64,000 nt of DNA from an uncultured Candidatus Saccharibacteria bacterium (GCA_964360335.1 CAYHVH010000002.1:804-64803), one strand, 5' to 3'. Shown: positions 9,215-17,936, counted from the stretch's first letter. Notes: generated by a model from the sequence alone, not told the origin. A program made the numbers and translations.

Positions 9215-10590
9215 AAATAACTTGGAAACGCTTGTGGGCGAGAAGGTATGCGCCGTTTTTGGGCGGTATCTTCACTCTGGCCTTCAGCAGACGCAACCCA
9301 TACGGGTTCAGTCGGAACAAATTGTTCGTACCGGAGGGAGATTTGCATGCGTGCTATTTTGCAAAACGCGAATTTGAAAACATTGTTCGCAACTACGCCC
9401 GCTTTGTCCGAAAACAAAATTTAAAACGTTATGCCGTACGTTACGAAGCGTATTTTAAACGATTTCTTAAAGGAGCAAAGCAATTCGCCAGGATAAATTA
9501 CGCCACGCTGGACAACCTAGAACTTGCTGACTTATTAGAGAGGATTACGGCATTTTACGCCGATTATGCGGAAGTTCAGTATCTTGGTTTTGTAATTTTA
9601 GAGGGGCCGGGCAGGCAACTGGAAAAAGCATTGGCGCGATACGCTAACCAAACAGAAATTTCGCAATGGGTGGCAACACTCTACAAAATTCCGAAAATTA
9701 CAAAAGCCCGTTTGGAACTACTGCGGCTGGTTCGCGACCATAAGGCCAGCGCGAGCGCGTTGAGGAGATATCTGAAAAAATATTCTTGGATTCCGATATA
9801 TGATTTTGTGGATCGACCCTGGACGCTCAAAGACATAAAAGCCCAGGTCAAGGCCGTCAAAGATGCAGGCGCAGAAATCAAGCAATACCGGGAGAGCAGG
9901 CGCAAGAGTTTGCACAGACTTCATAACTTCCTGCGAAACTTGCAAAGCCGAAAACTGAAAAAACTGATTGAAATCGTCCATACATTTTCGTATCTCAAAG
10001 ATATGCGGGACGACTATCGGCGGCAGACTTATTTTCTTTTGCGCCCATTTTGGCAGGAAGTTGGAAAAAGGCTCGGGGTTACTTTCGTGCAGGCCAATTA
10101 TCTGTTGTCGGAGGAGCTGGTCAGGCTTTTAAGTACGGGGCAGAAGCCCAGCCTCAAGCTGATTTCCGCGAGGCAAAAGACCTATTCATTTTCATTGATA
10201 GGGGGAAAACTCCGCATTTTTGCCGGAGATTTGACCAAGCAATATCTGGTCCAGCATGGTACACAAGAAACAAGTATTCTCAAGGGGACCGCTGCCCATC
10301 CAGGAATTGTGCGCGGCCCCGCGAAAGTTATTTATCATAACGGCGAGTTTGAAAAACTTAGAAAGGGTGACATTTTAGTGACAGTCATGACCCACCCGGA
10401 GTTTTTACCGATAATGAAGCTGGCCGCGGCGTTTGTGACTGACGAAGGCGGAATCACCTGCCATGCCGCAATCGTAGCGCGGGAGCTTGAGAAACCCTGC
10501 GTTATCGGCACGAAAATCGCCACCAAAGTTCTGAAGGACGGCGATTTGGTGGAAGTCGATGCTGACGAAGGAATTGTAAGAAAACTGTAA
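9211..10590 (+). CDS. Phospho-His swivel domain protein, array member 6 (459 aa)
   Basis: TDEGGITCHAAIVARELEKPC; ATGA overlap with member 5. Confidence 0.88.
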   Translation: MKITWKRLWARRYAPFLGGIFTLAFSRRNPYGFSRNKLFVPEGDLHACYFAKREFENIVRNYARFVRKQNLKRYAVRYEAYFKRFLKGAKQFARINYATLDNLELADLLERITAFYADYAEVQYLGFVILEGPGRQLEKALARYANQTEISQWVATLYKIPKITKARLELLRLVRDHKASASALRRYLKKYSWIPIYDFVDRPWTLKDIKAQVKAVKDAGAEIKQYRESRRKSLHRLHNFLRNLQSRKLKKLIEIVHTFSYLKDMRDDYRRQTYFLLRPFWQEVGKRLGVTFVQANYLLSEELVRLLSTGQKPSLKLISARQKTYSFSLIGGKLRIFAGDLTKQYLVQHGTQETSILKGTAAHPGIVRGPAKVIYHNGEFEKLRKGDILVTVMTHPEFLPIMKLAAAFVTDEGGITCHAAIVARELEKPCVIGTKIATKVLKDGDLVEVDADEGIVRKL

Positions 10591-10601
10591 CTGTAATAAG
10601 T

Positions 10602-12059
10602 ATGGCGAAATATTTTAAATTCGGGTCGTGGTCTATTAGCATACTGCATTATTCTCTTTACTATTGGAATAAAAGAGAACTAGTTTTTCTGCGCCCAATT
10701 AGGTGGCACCAAGATCAACTAGCTGAATACCTCGGTTACAAGCAAGACGAAAGGCGAATGTATCGGATTTGGAATGATCGAATTGTGAAAGACGCTCAAT
10801 ATATGTATCGGTATGGGAAAGAACACGAAAAGAATTTTAGAAATGTCGTTAATTACTTAAACAAAAAAATATCGAAAGTTAAATCAGCTAAAAGATTAGA
10901 AATTCTTAGAATTTTTAATAAATACTGGTCCCTGCTTTTTCTGTCAGAACCTATCGGTGATATAAATCACACAGTAGATGAAATCTATACTAAAAGGATA
11001 ATGGGCCCCTTGAAGCAAATTCTCTATAAGATTGGCAAGGAAGAAAAGGTTACAGAATATATGCTGGGTTTGACAACGCCTTGGGAGTCTTTGCCAACAC
11101 AGAAAGAAGATATGCAATTCCTACTCTTTGCTAGAGACGTCAATAAAGGGAAAGTTAAAGATGTCAATGCATTTTTTCAAAAACATCTTAAGCAATATGC
11201 TTGGATTCCGGTATGGTATGATAATAAACCCTGGGATATAAATGACTTGAAATCTAGACTAAATTCAGAGCTTAAGTTTGGTGATTTTGCCCAGCGAATT
11301 AATCGACTAAAAAATTACGGAAAAAGTACCAAACTAATCAATCGCAAGCAAAAAGCCGAACTTAAAGTTAGCGGTAGGCTACTTCAGGACATAGACGCTC
11401 TTAGGTACTTCACCTATATTCGGAATCTAGTTGACTTGCACACCGGTTACATAGTGCATAAAGCCAGGCCAATTTATGAAAAAATTGCCAATTTTTTGGA
11501 AATTAGCTTTGATGAGTTAAAATATCTCACTCCGAATGAAATTCGACTTGGTTTGAAAAACAAATTACCGCTAAAAGCTGTTAAAAGTCAAATCACACAG
11601 CGGCAAAAATTTGCTTTGACAATCTTTAGCAGATCAAAACAAAAAGTCTTAGCCGGGCTTAAGGCAAAAAGAGAATATCTAAGAATTAAAGAGGAGATTC
11701 AGAAAGAATCACCTAAGAAAAGTGTGGAATTAAGGGATCAAAAGCTTAGCGGAATTGGTGCCTCCCTCGGTAAGGCCAAGGGCCGGGCAAGGGTAATAAA
11801 AAGCATTTCGGAGTTGAATACGATGAAAGAGGATGAAATTTTGATTGTACCCTCAACTTCTGTTGATTTCGTGGGAGCTATGAAAAAATCGGTCGCGGTA
11901 GTGACAGAGATAGGCGGTATTACTTGTCATGCGGCAATCGTTTCTCGGGAACTTGGCAAGCCTTGTATTGTTAATACCTTAATCGCAACAAAAGTTTTTA
12001 AAACTGGCGATCTTGTGGAAGTAGATGCGAATAAAGGGATAGTAAGAAAATTAACCTAA
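10602..12059 (+). CDS. Phospho-His swivel domain protein, array member 7 (485 aa, visibly AT-rich)
   Basis: TEIGGITCHAAIVSRELGKPC. Confidence 0.88.
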   Translation: MAKYFKFGSWSISILHYSLYYWNKRELVFLRPIRWHQDQLAEYLGYKQDERRMYRIWNDRIVKDAQYMYRYGKEHEKNFRNVVNYLNKKISKVKSAKRLEILRIFNKYWSLLFLSEPIGDINHTVDEIYTKRIMGPLKQILYKIGKEEKVTEYMLGLTTPWESLPTQKEDMQFLLFARDVNKGKVKDVNAFFQKHLKQYAWIPVWYDNKPWDINDLKSRLNSELKFGDFAQRINRLKNYGKSTKLINRKQKAELKVSGRLLQDIDALRYFTYIRNLVDLHTGYIVHKARPIYEKIANFLEISFDELKYLTPNEIRLGLKNKLPLKAVKSQITQRQKFALTIFSRSKQKVLAGLKAKREYLRIKEEIQKESPKKSVELRDQKLSGIGASLGKAKGRARVIKSISELNTMKEDEILIVPSTSVDFVGAMKKSVAVVTEIGGITCHAAIVSRELGKPCIVNTLIATKVFKTGDLVEVDANKGIVRKLT

Positions 12060-12083
12060 TTGCTTTAATTGACCTAATTTCTA

Positions 12084-12440
12084 ATGTCTCACAAGTTCAG
12101 GTTTTGGCTTATATTTGTCTTTAGCGCGGTCTCGTTTTTTACGCCATTGGCGGTTGAAGAACGAGTGGGGTTGGGGCTGGATAAAGTTGTGCATGCATTT
12201 TTATTTTTCTTGCTGGTGTACTTCGCGTTCCAGGCCTACCCGGAGAGAAAAGTCTTGTCGGTAATTCTGCTGTTGCTTTATACCGTTGCTACCGAATTTA
12301 TTCAGGAGAGCTATATTCCGCATCGGAGTTTTGATGTGTATGATATTGTCGCTGATACCGCGGGAATTATTGCAGGTGCTATTTATACACTCACTAAGAG
12401 GGAGAGATCCTTCGTCCCGCCGTGGCGGGACGAAGGATGA
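12084..12440 (+). CDS. VanZ-like membrane protein
   Basis: DKVVHAFLFFLL...TEFIQ.SYIPHRSFDVYDIVADTAG. Confidence 0.8.
   Translation: MSHKFRFWLIFVFSAVSFFTPLAVEERVGLGLDKVVHAFLFFLLVYFAFQAYPERKVLSVILLLLYTVATEFIQESYIPHRSFDVYDIVADTAGIIAGAIYTLTKRERSFVPPWRDEG
12407..12438. repeat. REP-like palindrome overlapping the vanZ-like stop codon
   Basis: ATCCTTCGTCCCGCC-GT-GGCGGGACGAAGGAT, perfect 15-bp arms. Confidence 0.8.
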
Positions 12441-12450
12441 CAAACAGGGC

Positions 12451-13305
12451 GTGAATAACATCACAAGCCGAATAGTTAAAAGACTAAAGCTTCCCAAACC
12501 CACGTCGTACAAAGGTGACAACGGCCAACTTTTGATTATCGCAGGAAGCAAGCAGTACCACGGTTCGCTTCTTTATGCTATCAAAGCCGCCAGTAAAATC
12601 GTGGATTTGATTTATGTGCTGACGACAAAGGAAAATCAGCGACTGGTGCAACTGCTGAAGAACAGGAGTGCAGGGTTTATATCCGTTGGCGACCTCTCCC
12701 TCATTCCCTCCCCTCGCCAGGGGAGGGAGGTAAAAGCTGATTGCGTACTCATTGGACCGGGGATGGGGACGGGAGAACGGACTTATAAACTTGTAGAGAG
12801 AGTTTTGAAGAGCGGAGTCAAAGCGGTCCTAGACGCGGATGCCATTAATGTTTTGGATAAAAAATTACTTAATTTACTCGATACCAATCATATTTTGACT
12901 CCGCATAAAGGGGAATTCGGACGGCTATGGCAGAAATCTTCGACCTCTCCCTCATTCCCTCCCCATCGCCTGGGGAGGAAGGCCGAAGAGTTGATGCACA
13001 GATATGGCTCTACGATTGTACTAAAGGGCAGGGTAGATGTCGTAGCTCACGCCGAGCAAGGCTTAAAATTTAACTACACTGGCAACGAGGGGATGACCAA
13101 GGGAGGAACGGGGGATGTGCTGGCCGGGCTGATTGCAGGGCTTTTCTGCAAAAATGACGCCTTTGCGGCGGCCGCGGCTAGCGTTTATATAAACGGCTTG
13201 GCTGGCGATGAGCTTTATAAAAAAGTTGGGCCTTACTATAATGCCGAGGATTTGGTAGAGCAGATACCCCAAACGCTATGGCGTTTGATAAATCCTAAGC
13301 ACTAA
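12451..13305 (+). CDS. nnrD: ADP-dependent NAD(P)H-hydrate dehydratase (YjeF C-terminal)
   Basis: YKGDNGQLLIIAGS..YHG, IGPGMG, LDADA, LTPHKGEF, GGTGDVLAG; probable GTG start; carries two in-frame repeat insertions. Confidence 0.88.
   Translation: MNNITSRIVKRLKLPKPTSYKGDNGQLLIIAGSKQYHGSLLYAIKAASKIVDLIYVLTTKENQRLVQLLKNRSAGFISVGDLSLIPSPRQGREVKADCVLIGPGMGTGERTYKLVERVLKSGVKAVLDADAINVLDKKLLNLLDTNHILTPHKGEFGRLWQKSSTSPSFPPHRLGRKAEELMHRYGSTIVLKGRVDVVAHAEQGLKFNYTGNEGMTKGGTGDVLAGLIAGLFCKNDAFAAAAASVYINGLAGDELYKKVGPYYNAEDLVEQIPQTLWRLINPKH
12690..12982 (+). repeat. Two copies of a CCCTCCCC..GGGGAGG hairpin repeat inside nnrD (12690-12730, 12941-12982)
   Basis: 24 identical nt CGACCTCTCCCTCATTCCCTCCCC, translated in two different frames. 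Confidence 0.85.
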
Positions 13306-13405
13306 ATCCTAAATACTAAATAAATCCAAAATCATAAATCTCAAATCGTTCGGAATTTAAAGAGTTCGTATTTGTTTAGGATTTAGATATTAGAATTTAG
13401 AATTT
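13290..13405. repeat. Degenerate heptamer tandem repeats arranged as an inverted pair
   Basis: AAATCCT/AAATACT/AAATCAT units followed by complementary ATTTAGA/TTTAGG units. Confidence 0.7.
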
Positions 13406-13413
13406 AACTTCCC

Positions 13414-13863
13414 ATGAAGGTCGTCATTGACACCAACATTTTAATCAGCGGTTCTTATGACGAATCTTCGCATTCTTTTAAGATACTCCAGGAAGTCATA
13501 GCCGGGAAGATTCAGGCTTGTGCGACGCATCAGACGATGAGCGAAAACCGGCAAATGCTTCGAAAACTGGTCAAGGACAGAAATTACCGGACTCTTTTGG
13601 AAAGCTATTTTCAAAAACTGCAAGTTACTAAACTTTTCAGGCCGCTTCAGGTCGTGGCAGACCCCGAGGACAATAAACTTTTTGAGTCCGCGGTGTCAGC
13701 CGGCGCCCAATATATCATCACCGAAGATCGGGAAGTTCTGGATGTTGAGGTATATCGCGACGTAAAAGTCATCACCCCAGAGGATTTTTGGGCGGTTTAC
13801 GAAAATCAAAGTGGCAGTGACTCGGCGTGGCAGGATTGGACGAAAATAGTGATGGGGAAATGA
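13414..13863 (+). CDS. PIN-domain protein (putative toxin)
   Basis: MKVVIDTNILISG...DPEDNKLFESAV...YIITED. Confidence 0.85.
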   Translation: MKVVIDTNILISGSYDESSHSFKILQEVIAGKIQACATHQTMSENRQMLRKLVKDRNYRTLLESYFQKLQVTKLFRPLQVVADPEDNKLFESAVSAGAQYIITEDREVLDVEVYRDVKVITPEDFWAVYENQSGSDSAWQDWTKIVMGK

Positions 13864-13954
13864 CTTTACGAACTACCCCCACTCTTTCTTCCCCTATTTG
13901 CTTCGCTGTCAGGGGGAGAGGAAGAGGGGGTCATTGTGCTAGAATAATGGTGCT

Positions 13955-16933
13955 ATGCAGAAGACTAAGATCGAACTCAAAACCAAATCTAAGATTTTAG
14001 AAGGTTTAAATGATGAGCAGGCCCGAGCGGTGACTCACGGCGAAGGGCCGCTTCTGATTGTTGCTGGGGCCGGTACCGGCAAAACAACGGTTATCACCAG
14101 ACGCGTGGCTTACCTGATTGAACGGGGAATAAAACCGGAGCAGATTTTGGCGCTCGCTTTCGGCGACAAAGCCGCTCAAGAGATGGAAGAACGCGCGGAC
14201 AAGCTTTTGCCCTACGGCTACTACAATTTGCAAATTTCTACTTTCCACGCCTTCGCGGAATCGGTCCTCAAAGAGCACAGCCTGGAGATTGGCCTGCCGG
14301 ATTTTAAGGTGCTGGACGAGGTCGGCCAGTGGTTACTCATCAGAAATAACCTGGAAAAGTTTGACCTTGATTACTACCGGCCTCTGGGCAACCCCACGCG
14401 GTTTATTAAGGCCTTGGTTACGCACTTTGCCCGGGCCAAGGATGAACTTATTACCCCCGAGGAATACTTGGGATATGCGGAAAAACTTAAATTAGTATCT
14501 GACCAAGACCCTTCGACTTCACTTCGCTCCGCTCAGGGACTGAAATCGTTAGCGCCCGAGCTTGCCCGCCCGCTGAAGCTAGGCGAAGGCTGGGTCGAGG
14601 GCCAGGAACTCAAAAGGATTGCCGAGGTCGCCAACGCTTATCACGTTTATCAAAGACTTTTGCTGCAAAATAGCGTTTTGGATTTTGGGGATCTCATCAA
14701 TTATACCCTAACGCTTTTCCAGAAACGGCCGCGCGTTTTGGAGCTTTACCGGAAGCGTTTTCAGTACATCTTGATTGACGAGTTTCAGGATACGAATTAT
14801 GCGCAGTACGAGCTTTTGAAATTTCTGGCTGCGCCGAAAAACAACCTCACGGTCGTCGGCGACGACGACCAGAGTATTTTTAAGTTCCGCGGTGCTTCGA
14901 TTTCCAATATTCTGCATTTTCAAAAGGATTACCCGGACGCGGTGTTTGTTTCTCTCACCAGGAATTACCGGAGCGGCCAGAACATCTTGGACGAAGCCCA
15001 CCGGTTTATCCAGCAGAATGATCCGGACCGGCTGGAGGTCCGCCTCCAGCTTTCCAAAAAACTCCAAAATCCGGAGAACCTAAGAGGGGAGATTCAGCCG
15101 CTTCTGGCGCAAGACTATATCAGCGAGGCCCGACTGGTGGCAGAGAAAATCCTGGAATTTTTGAACAAAGACCCGGGTTTGACTTGGGACGACTTTGCCA
15201 TCCTGGCGCGCTCCCACGACACGCTCAATCCTTTTATCACGGTTCTGGAGGAAAATCACATTCCACACATTTATTTTGCCAACAAAGGCCTGTACAAAAA
15301 AGCCGCAATCTTGGATATTTTGGCCTATTTCCGGCTTTTGGACAATTATCACGAATCGCAGGCTTTGTACCGGGTGGCGAATTTTCCGCTGTTCCAAATT
15401 TCCCACGCCGCCATTGTGGAGCTTTCACACTTTGCCAAAAGGAAGTCGCTCTCGCTATTTGAAGCCTTCCGGCTGGCCCCGGCCGTCTTAAACCTTGACG
15501 AAAAAAGCCGGGAGGGACTCCAGAAACTTTTAATCCTTTTGGAGCAGCACGCCAAGCTCGCGCGCGAGAAGAGCGCCGAGCAAGTCTACATTCAGGTGGT
15601 AAACGATCTGGATTTTGCGGCAGCGGCCCTCCAGGATTATCAAAACGGGAAATATTTGGAAAATTTTCGGCGGCGCATCCAGGATTTTCAGGTCCAAAAT
15701 CCGGACAAAACTCTAAAGAACTTTATGCGGGAGCTTAATTTTGAGCAAGAGGCCGGGGGACTGGGAGAGTTGGAGTTTGACGCGGAAGCCGGCCCGGAGG
15801 CCGTAAAACTCATGACGGTCCACGGCGCCAAGGGACTGGAGTTTAGCCACGTGTTTGTCGTAGGGCTGGTGGATAAAAGATTTCCAAGTCTGGAGCGGCG
15901 GGAAGCGATCGAGATTCCGCAGGCGCTCATCAAAGAGGTTTTGCCGGTGGGGGACATTCATTTAGAAGAAGAGCGGCGGCTTTTCTACGTGGCGATGACC
16001 CGACCCAAAAAAACCTTGTTTTTGACGAGAGCCCTGGATTACGGGGGCAAGCTTCAGAAAAAGCCTTCCCGCTTTCTAGAGGAGCTAGGGCTTGCCCGAG
16101 CGACGGGGGCGAAGCCGACTGGCGAGGTGGTTTTTGCCGGAACCAACACGTCCGGAAGACCGCAAAGATTGCCGCTCCCAAAGTTGTTTTCCTTCACCCA
16201 AATCTCTGTCTTTAGAAGTTGTCCGCTGGAGTACAAATTCAAATATGTCCTGAAGCTCCCGCTTCCCGGTCGGGCAAGTTTGTCTTTCGGACAAACCATC
16301 CACCAAACCTTGGAAAAATTTTTGCGTCTCACGAAGCAACACCGGGAAAGTCAGGACCTCTTCGGTCAACACTCCGGAGCCGAACCTCTGGACTTTGACG
16401 CTCTCCGGAAGCTGTATCGCGAGTCTTGGACTGATGATTGGTACGAAAGCCGCGCGCAAATGGAAGATTACCGGGACAAAGGCGAGAAGATCCTGAAATT
16501 TTTCCATGAGGACTCAAAAACCAACCCCCCGCGTCCGAAATACCTCGAGGCGAATTTTAAACTTAAGCTCGGGCCGTATCTCCTGCAGGGTAGGATCGAC
16601 CGGGTCGACGAAGCCCCTGGGGGTTTGCTGATCATTGACTACAAAACCGGGCCTCCCCGGGGCATCAACAAAGTGGACAAAGAACAACTCCTCCTCTACC
16701 AGTGGGCCACGGAAGAGTTTCTGAAAGAACGCGTCGCCGATTTGCAATATTGGTTTCTTTGGGATAGTCTGAAAAAACAATCCTTTTTGGGGAGACCAGA
16801 AGAGATTACTAAACTTAAGGAAGATTTCACGGCGACCATTTCCGAAATCGTATCCGCCGTGCAGGGCGACGACTTTTATAACCGGGATTTGCACATCTCT
16901 CATGACTGCGAGTTCCGGGATTTAGGACTATGA
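13955..16933 (+). CDS. UvrD/PcrA-family helicase fused to a C-terminal PD-(D/E)XK nuclease (AdnAB/RecB-like)
   Basis: AGAGTGKT, IDEFQD, VGDDDQSIF, MTVHGAKGLEF, EERRLFYVAMTR; C-terminal FSFTQ..CP, GRIDRVD, IIDYKTG. Confidence 0.9.
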   Translation: MQKTKIELKTKSKILEGLNDEQARAVTHGEGPLLIVAGAGTGKTTVITRRVAYLIERGIKPEQILALAFGDKAAQEMEERADKLLPYGYYNLQISTFHAFAESVLKEHSLEIGLPDFKVLDEVGQWLLIRNNLEKFDLDYYRPLGNPTRFIKALVTHFARAKDELITPEEYLGYAEKLKLVSDQDPSTSLRSAQGLKSLAPELARPLKLGEGWVEGQELKRIAEVANAYHVYQRLLLQNSVLDFGDLINYTLTLFQKRPRVLELYRKRFQYILIDEFQDTNYAQYELLKFLAAPKNNLTVVGDDDQSIFKFRGASISNILHFQKDYPDAVFVSLTRNYRSGQNILDEAHRFIQQNDPDRLEVRLQLSKKLQNPENLRGEIQPLLAQDYISEARLVAEKILEFLNKDPGLTWDDFAILARSHDTLNPFITVLEENHIPHIYFANKGLYKKAAILDILAYFRLLDNYHESQALYRVANFPLFQISHAAIVELSHFAKRKSLSLFEAFRLAPAVLNLDEKSREGLQKLLILLEQHAKLAREKSAEQVYIQVVNDLDFAAAALQDYQNGKYLENFRRRIQDFQVQNPDKTLKNFMRELNFEQEAGGLGELEFDAEAGPEAVKLMTVHGAKGLEFSHVFVVGLVDKRFPSLERREAIEIPQALIKEVLPVGDIHLEEERRLFYVAMTRPKKTLFLTRALDYGGKLQKKPSRFLEELGLARATGAKPTGEVVFAGTNTSGRPQRLPLPKLFSFTQISVFRSCPLEYKFKYVLKLPLPGRASLSFGQTIHQTLEKFLRLTKQHRESQDLFGQHSGAEPLDFDALRKLYRESWTDDWYESRAQMEDYRDKGEKILKFFHEDSKTNPPRPKYLEANFKLKLGPYLLQGRIDRVDEAPGGLLIIDYKTGPPRGINKVDKEQLLLYQWATEEFLKERVADLQYWFLWDSLKKQSFLGRPEEITKLKEDFTATISEIVSAVQGDDFYNRDLHISHDCEFRDLGL
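14509..14602 (+). repeat. In-frame composite palindromic repeat inside the helicase
   Basis: CCCTTCGAC...GCTCAGGG...CCCGAGCTT...GTCGAGGG encoding PSTSLRSAQG...PELARPLKLGEGWVEG. Confidence 0.8.
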
Positions 16934-17826
16934 GGGCAATCATTGACCCAAGCAAACAAAAATTCGTGATTATCCTGGTGGCAGCGCTCACCACGTTTTT
17001 TGGCCTGGAGGTTGCGAGCCAAACTCTCGCGACTTATCAGCTACCGCTGTTTTTGCGGGTCAGCTTGTATGTCTATTTATTTTTGATTTTTTGGCAGACT
17101 TTTGTATTTGATTTACACCTCAAAAAAGCCGGCTCTTGGCGAGCGCTGGAACACTCCCTTTGGCAGGCCTTGAAGGCTCGGTTCGAATACCTCAAGGAGC
17201 GCCACCACTGGCTGCATTTCCAGAACTACCTGATTTTGCCCGGTTTTATTTACTGGATGACGGTCGCGTTGTTGTTTCTCAATCCTTTCGACGAACTTCG
17301 GAAGCAAGTCTGGATTTTTCTCTCGACAGTAGCCCTAAGCGGCGGCTTTTGGTACCTGAAAACCGTATTTTATTCCCATCGCGAGGCGAGCCGAATCTCG
17401 CGAGAAGTCATTTTTTTGGCCAAACTCTATGCCTCCTATTTGTCCTTTGCGGCGGGGTTGGGACTTGTTCGCTACTTCGGGCTGGGGGCGGAATTTTTTA
17501 CTTTGACCGCGTTTTTGATCACGTTTTGGCTTTTGTTTCAGGCCTTGTTCCAACACCACTTTATCGGGTTTCAAACCTTAAAGTTTCTTTTGCTGGCAGG
17601 AATCGGGATGGCCGCGGCCGGTTATTTCGTGTATTCCTTGTGGAACGTCAATTTTTACAGCGGTGGACTGGTTTTGGCCGCAGTTTATAACACCATCTGG
17701 GGACTTGTGCACCACAAGTTTATTGACCAGAACTTGACCCGGAGAATCGTCTACGAGTATCTGGCCGTGCTGTTCGTGATTTTGGTGATTGTCTTTGGAA
17801 CGACTAACTTCGCTGAGCGAATTTAG
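16930..17826 (+). CDS. Multi-pass membrane protein, hypothetical
   Basis: 298 aa with many hydrophobic segments; ATGA overlap with the helicase. Confidence 0.75.
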   Translation: MRAIIDPSKQKFVIILVAALTTFFGLEVASQTLATYQLPLFLRVSLYVYLFLIFWQTFVFDLHLKKAGSWRALEHSLWQALKARFEYLKERHHWLHFQNYLILPGFIYWMTVALLFLNPFDELRKQVWIFLSTVALSGGFWYLKTVFYSHREASRISREVIFLAKLYASYLSFAAGLGLVRYFGLGAEFFTLTAFLITFWLLFQALFQHHFIGFQTLKFLLLAGIGMAAAGYFVYSLWNVNFYSGGLVLAAVYNTIWGLVHHKFIDQNLTRRIVYEYLAVLFVILVIVFGTTNFAERI

Positions 17827-17936
17827 CCGAGGGCGTCGAATTCATTTCGCGCCCGAGGCACATTCGAAAAGGGAGGCAGTCCCGACTTGGTCGGGACGGT
17901 TGGAGGGAAAAACGCCTCTCGGGTTTTTCCCTCCAA
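17826..17936. repeat. Cluster of hairpins between convergent genes (terminator/REP-like)
   Basis: GTCCCGAC-TTG-GTCGGGAC and TTGGAGGGAAAAAC...GTTTTTCCCTCCAA. Confidence 0.55.

Noticed and set aside
1-12059. Calling the array genes PEP synthase, PPDK, enzyme I or full rifampin phosphotransferase
   Set aside because: Only the His swivel domain is recognisable; the ATP-grasp and PEP/pyruvate TIM-barrel domains are absent and the proteins are too short.
1-12059. Integron cassette array
   Set aside because: No intI and no attC-like intergenic palindromes; most genes overlap or are under 40 bp apart.
13290-13405. CRISPR array
   Set aside because: Units are 7-bp degenerate repeats without spacers; no regular repeat-spacer structure or cas genes anywhere in the window.
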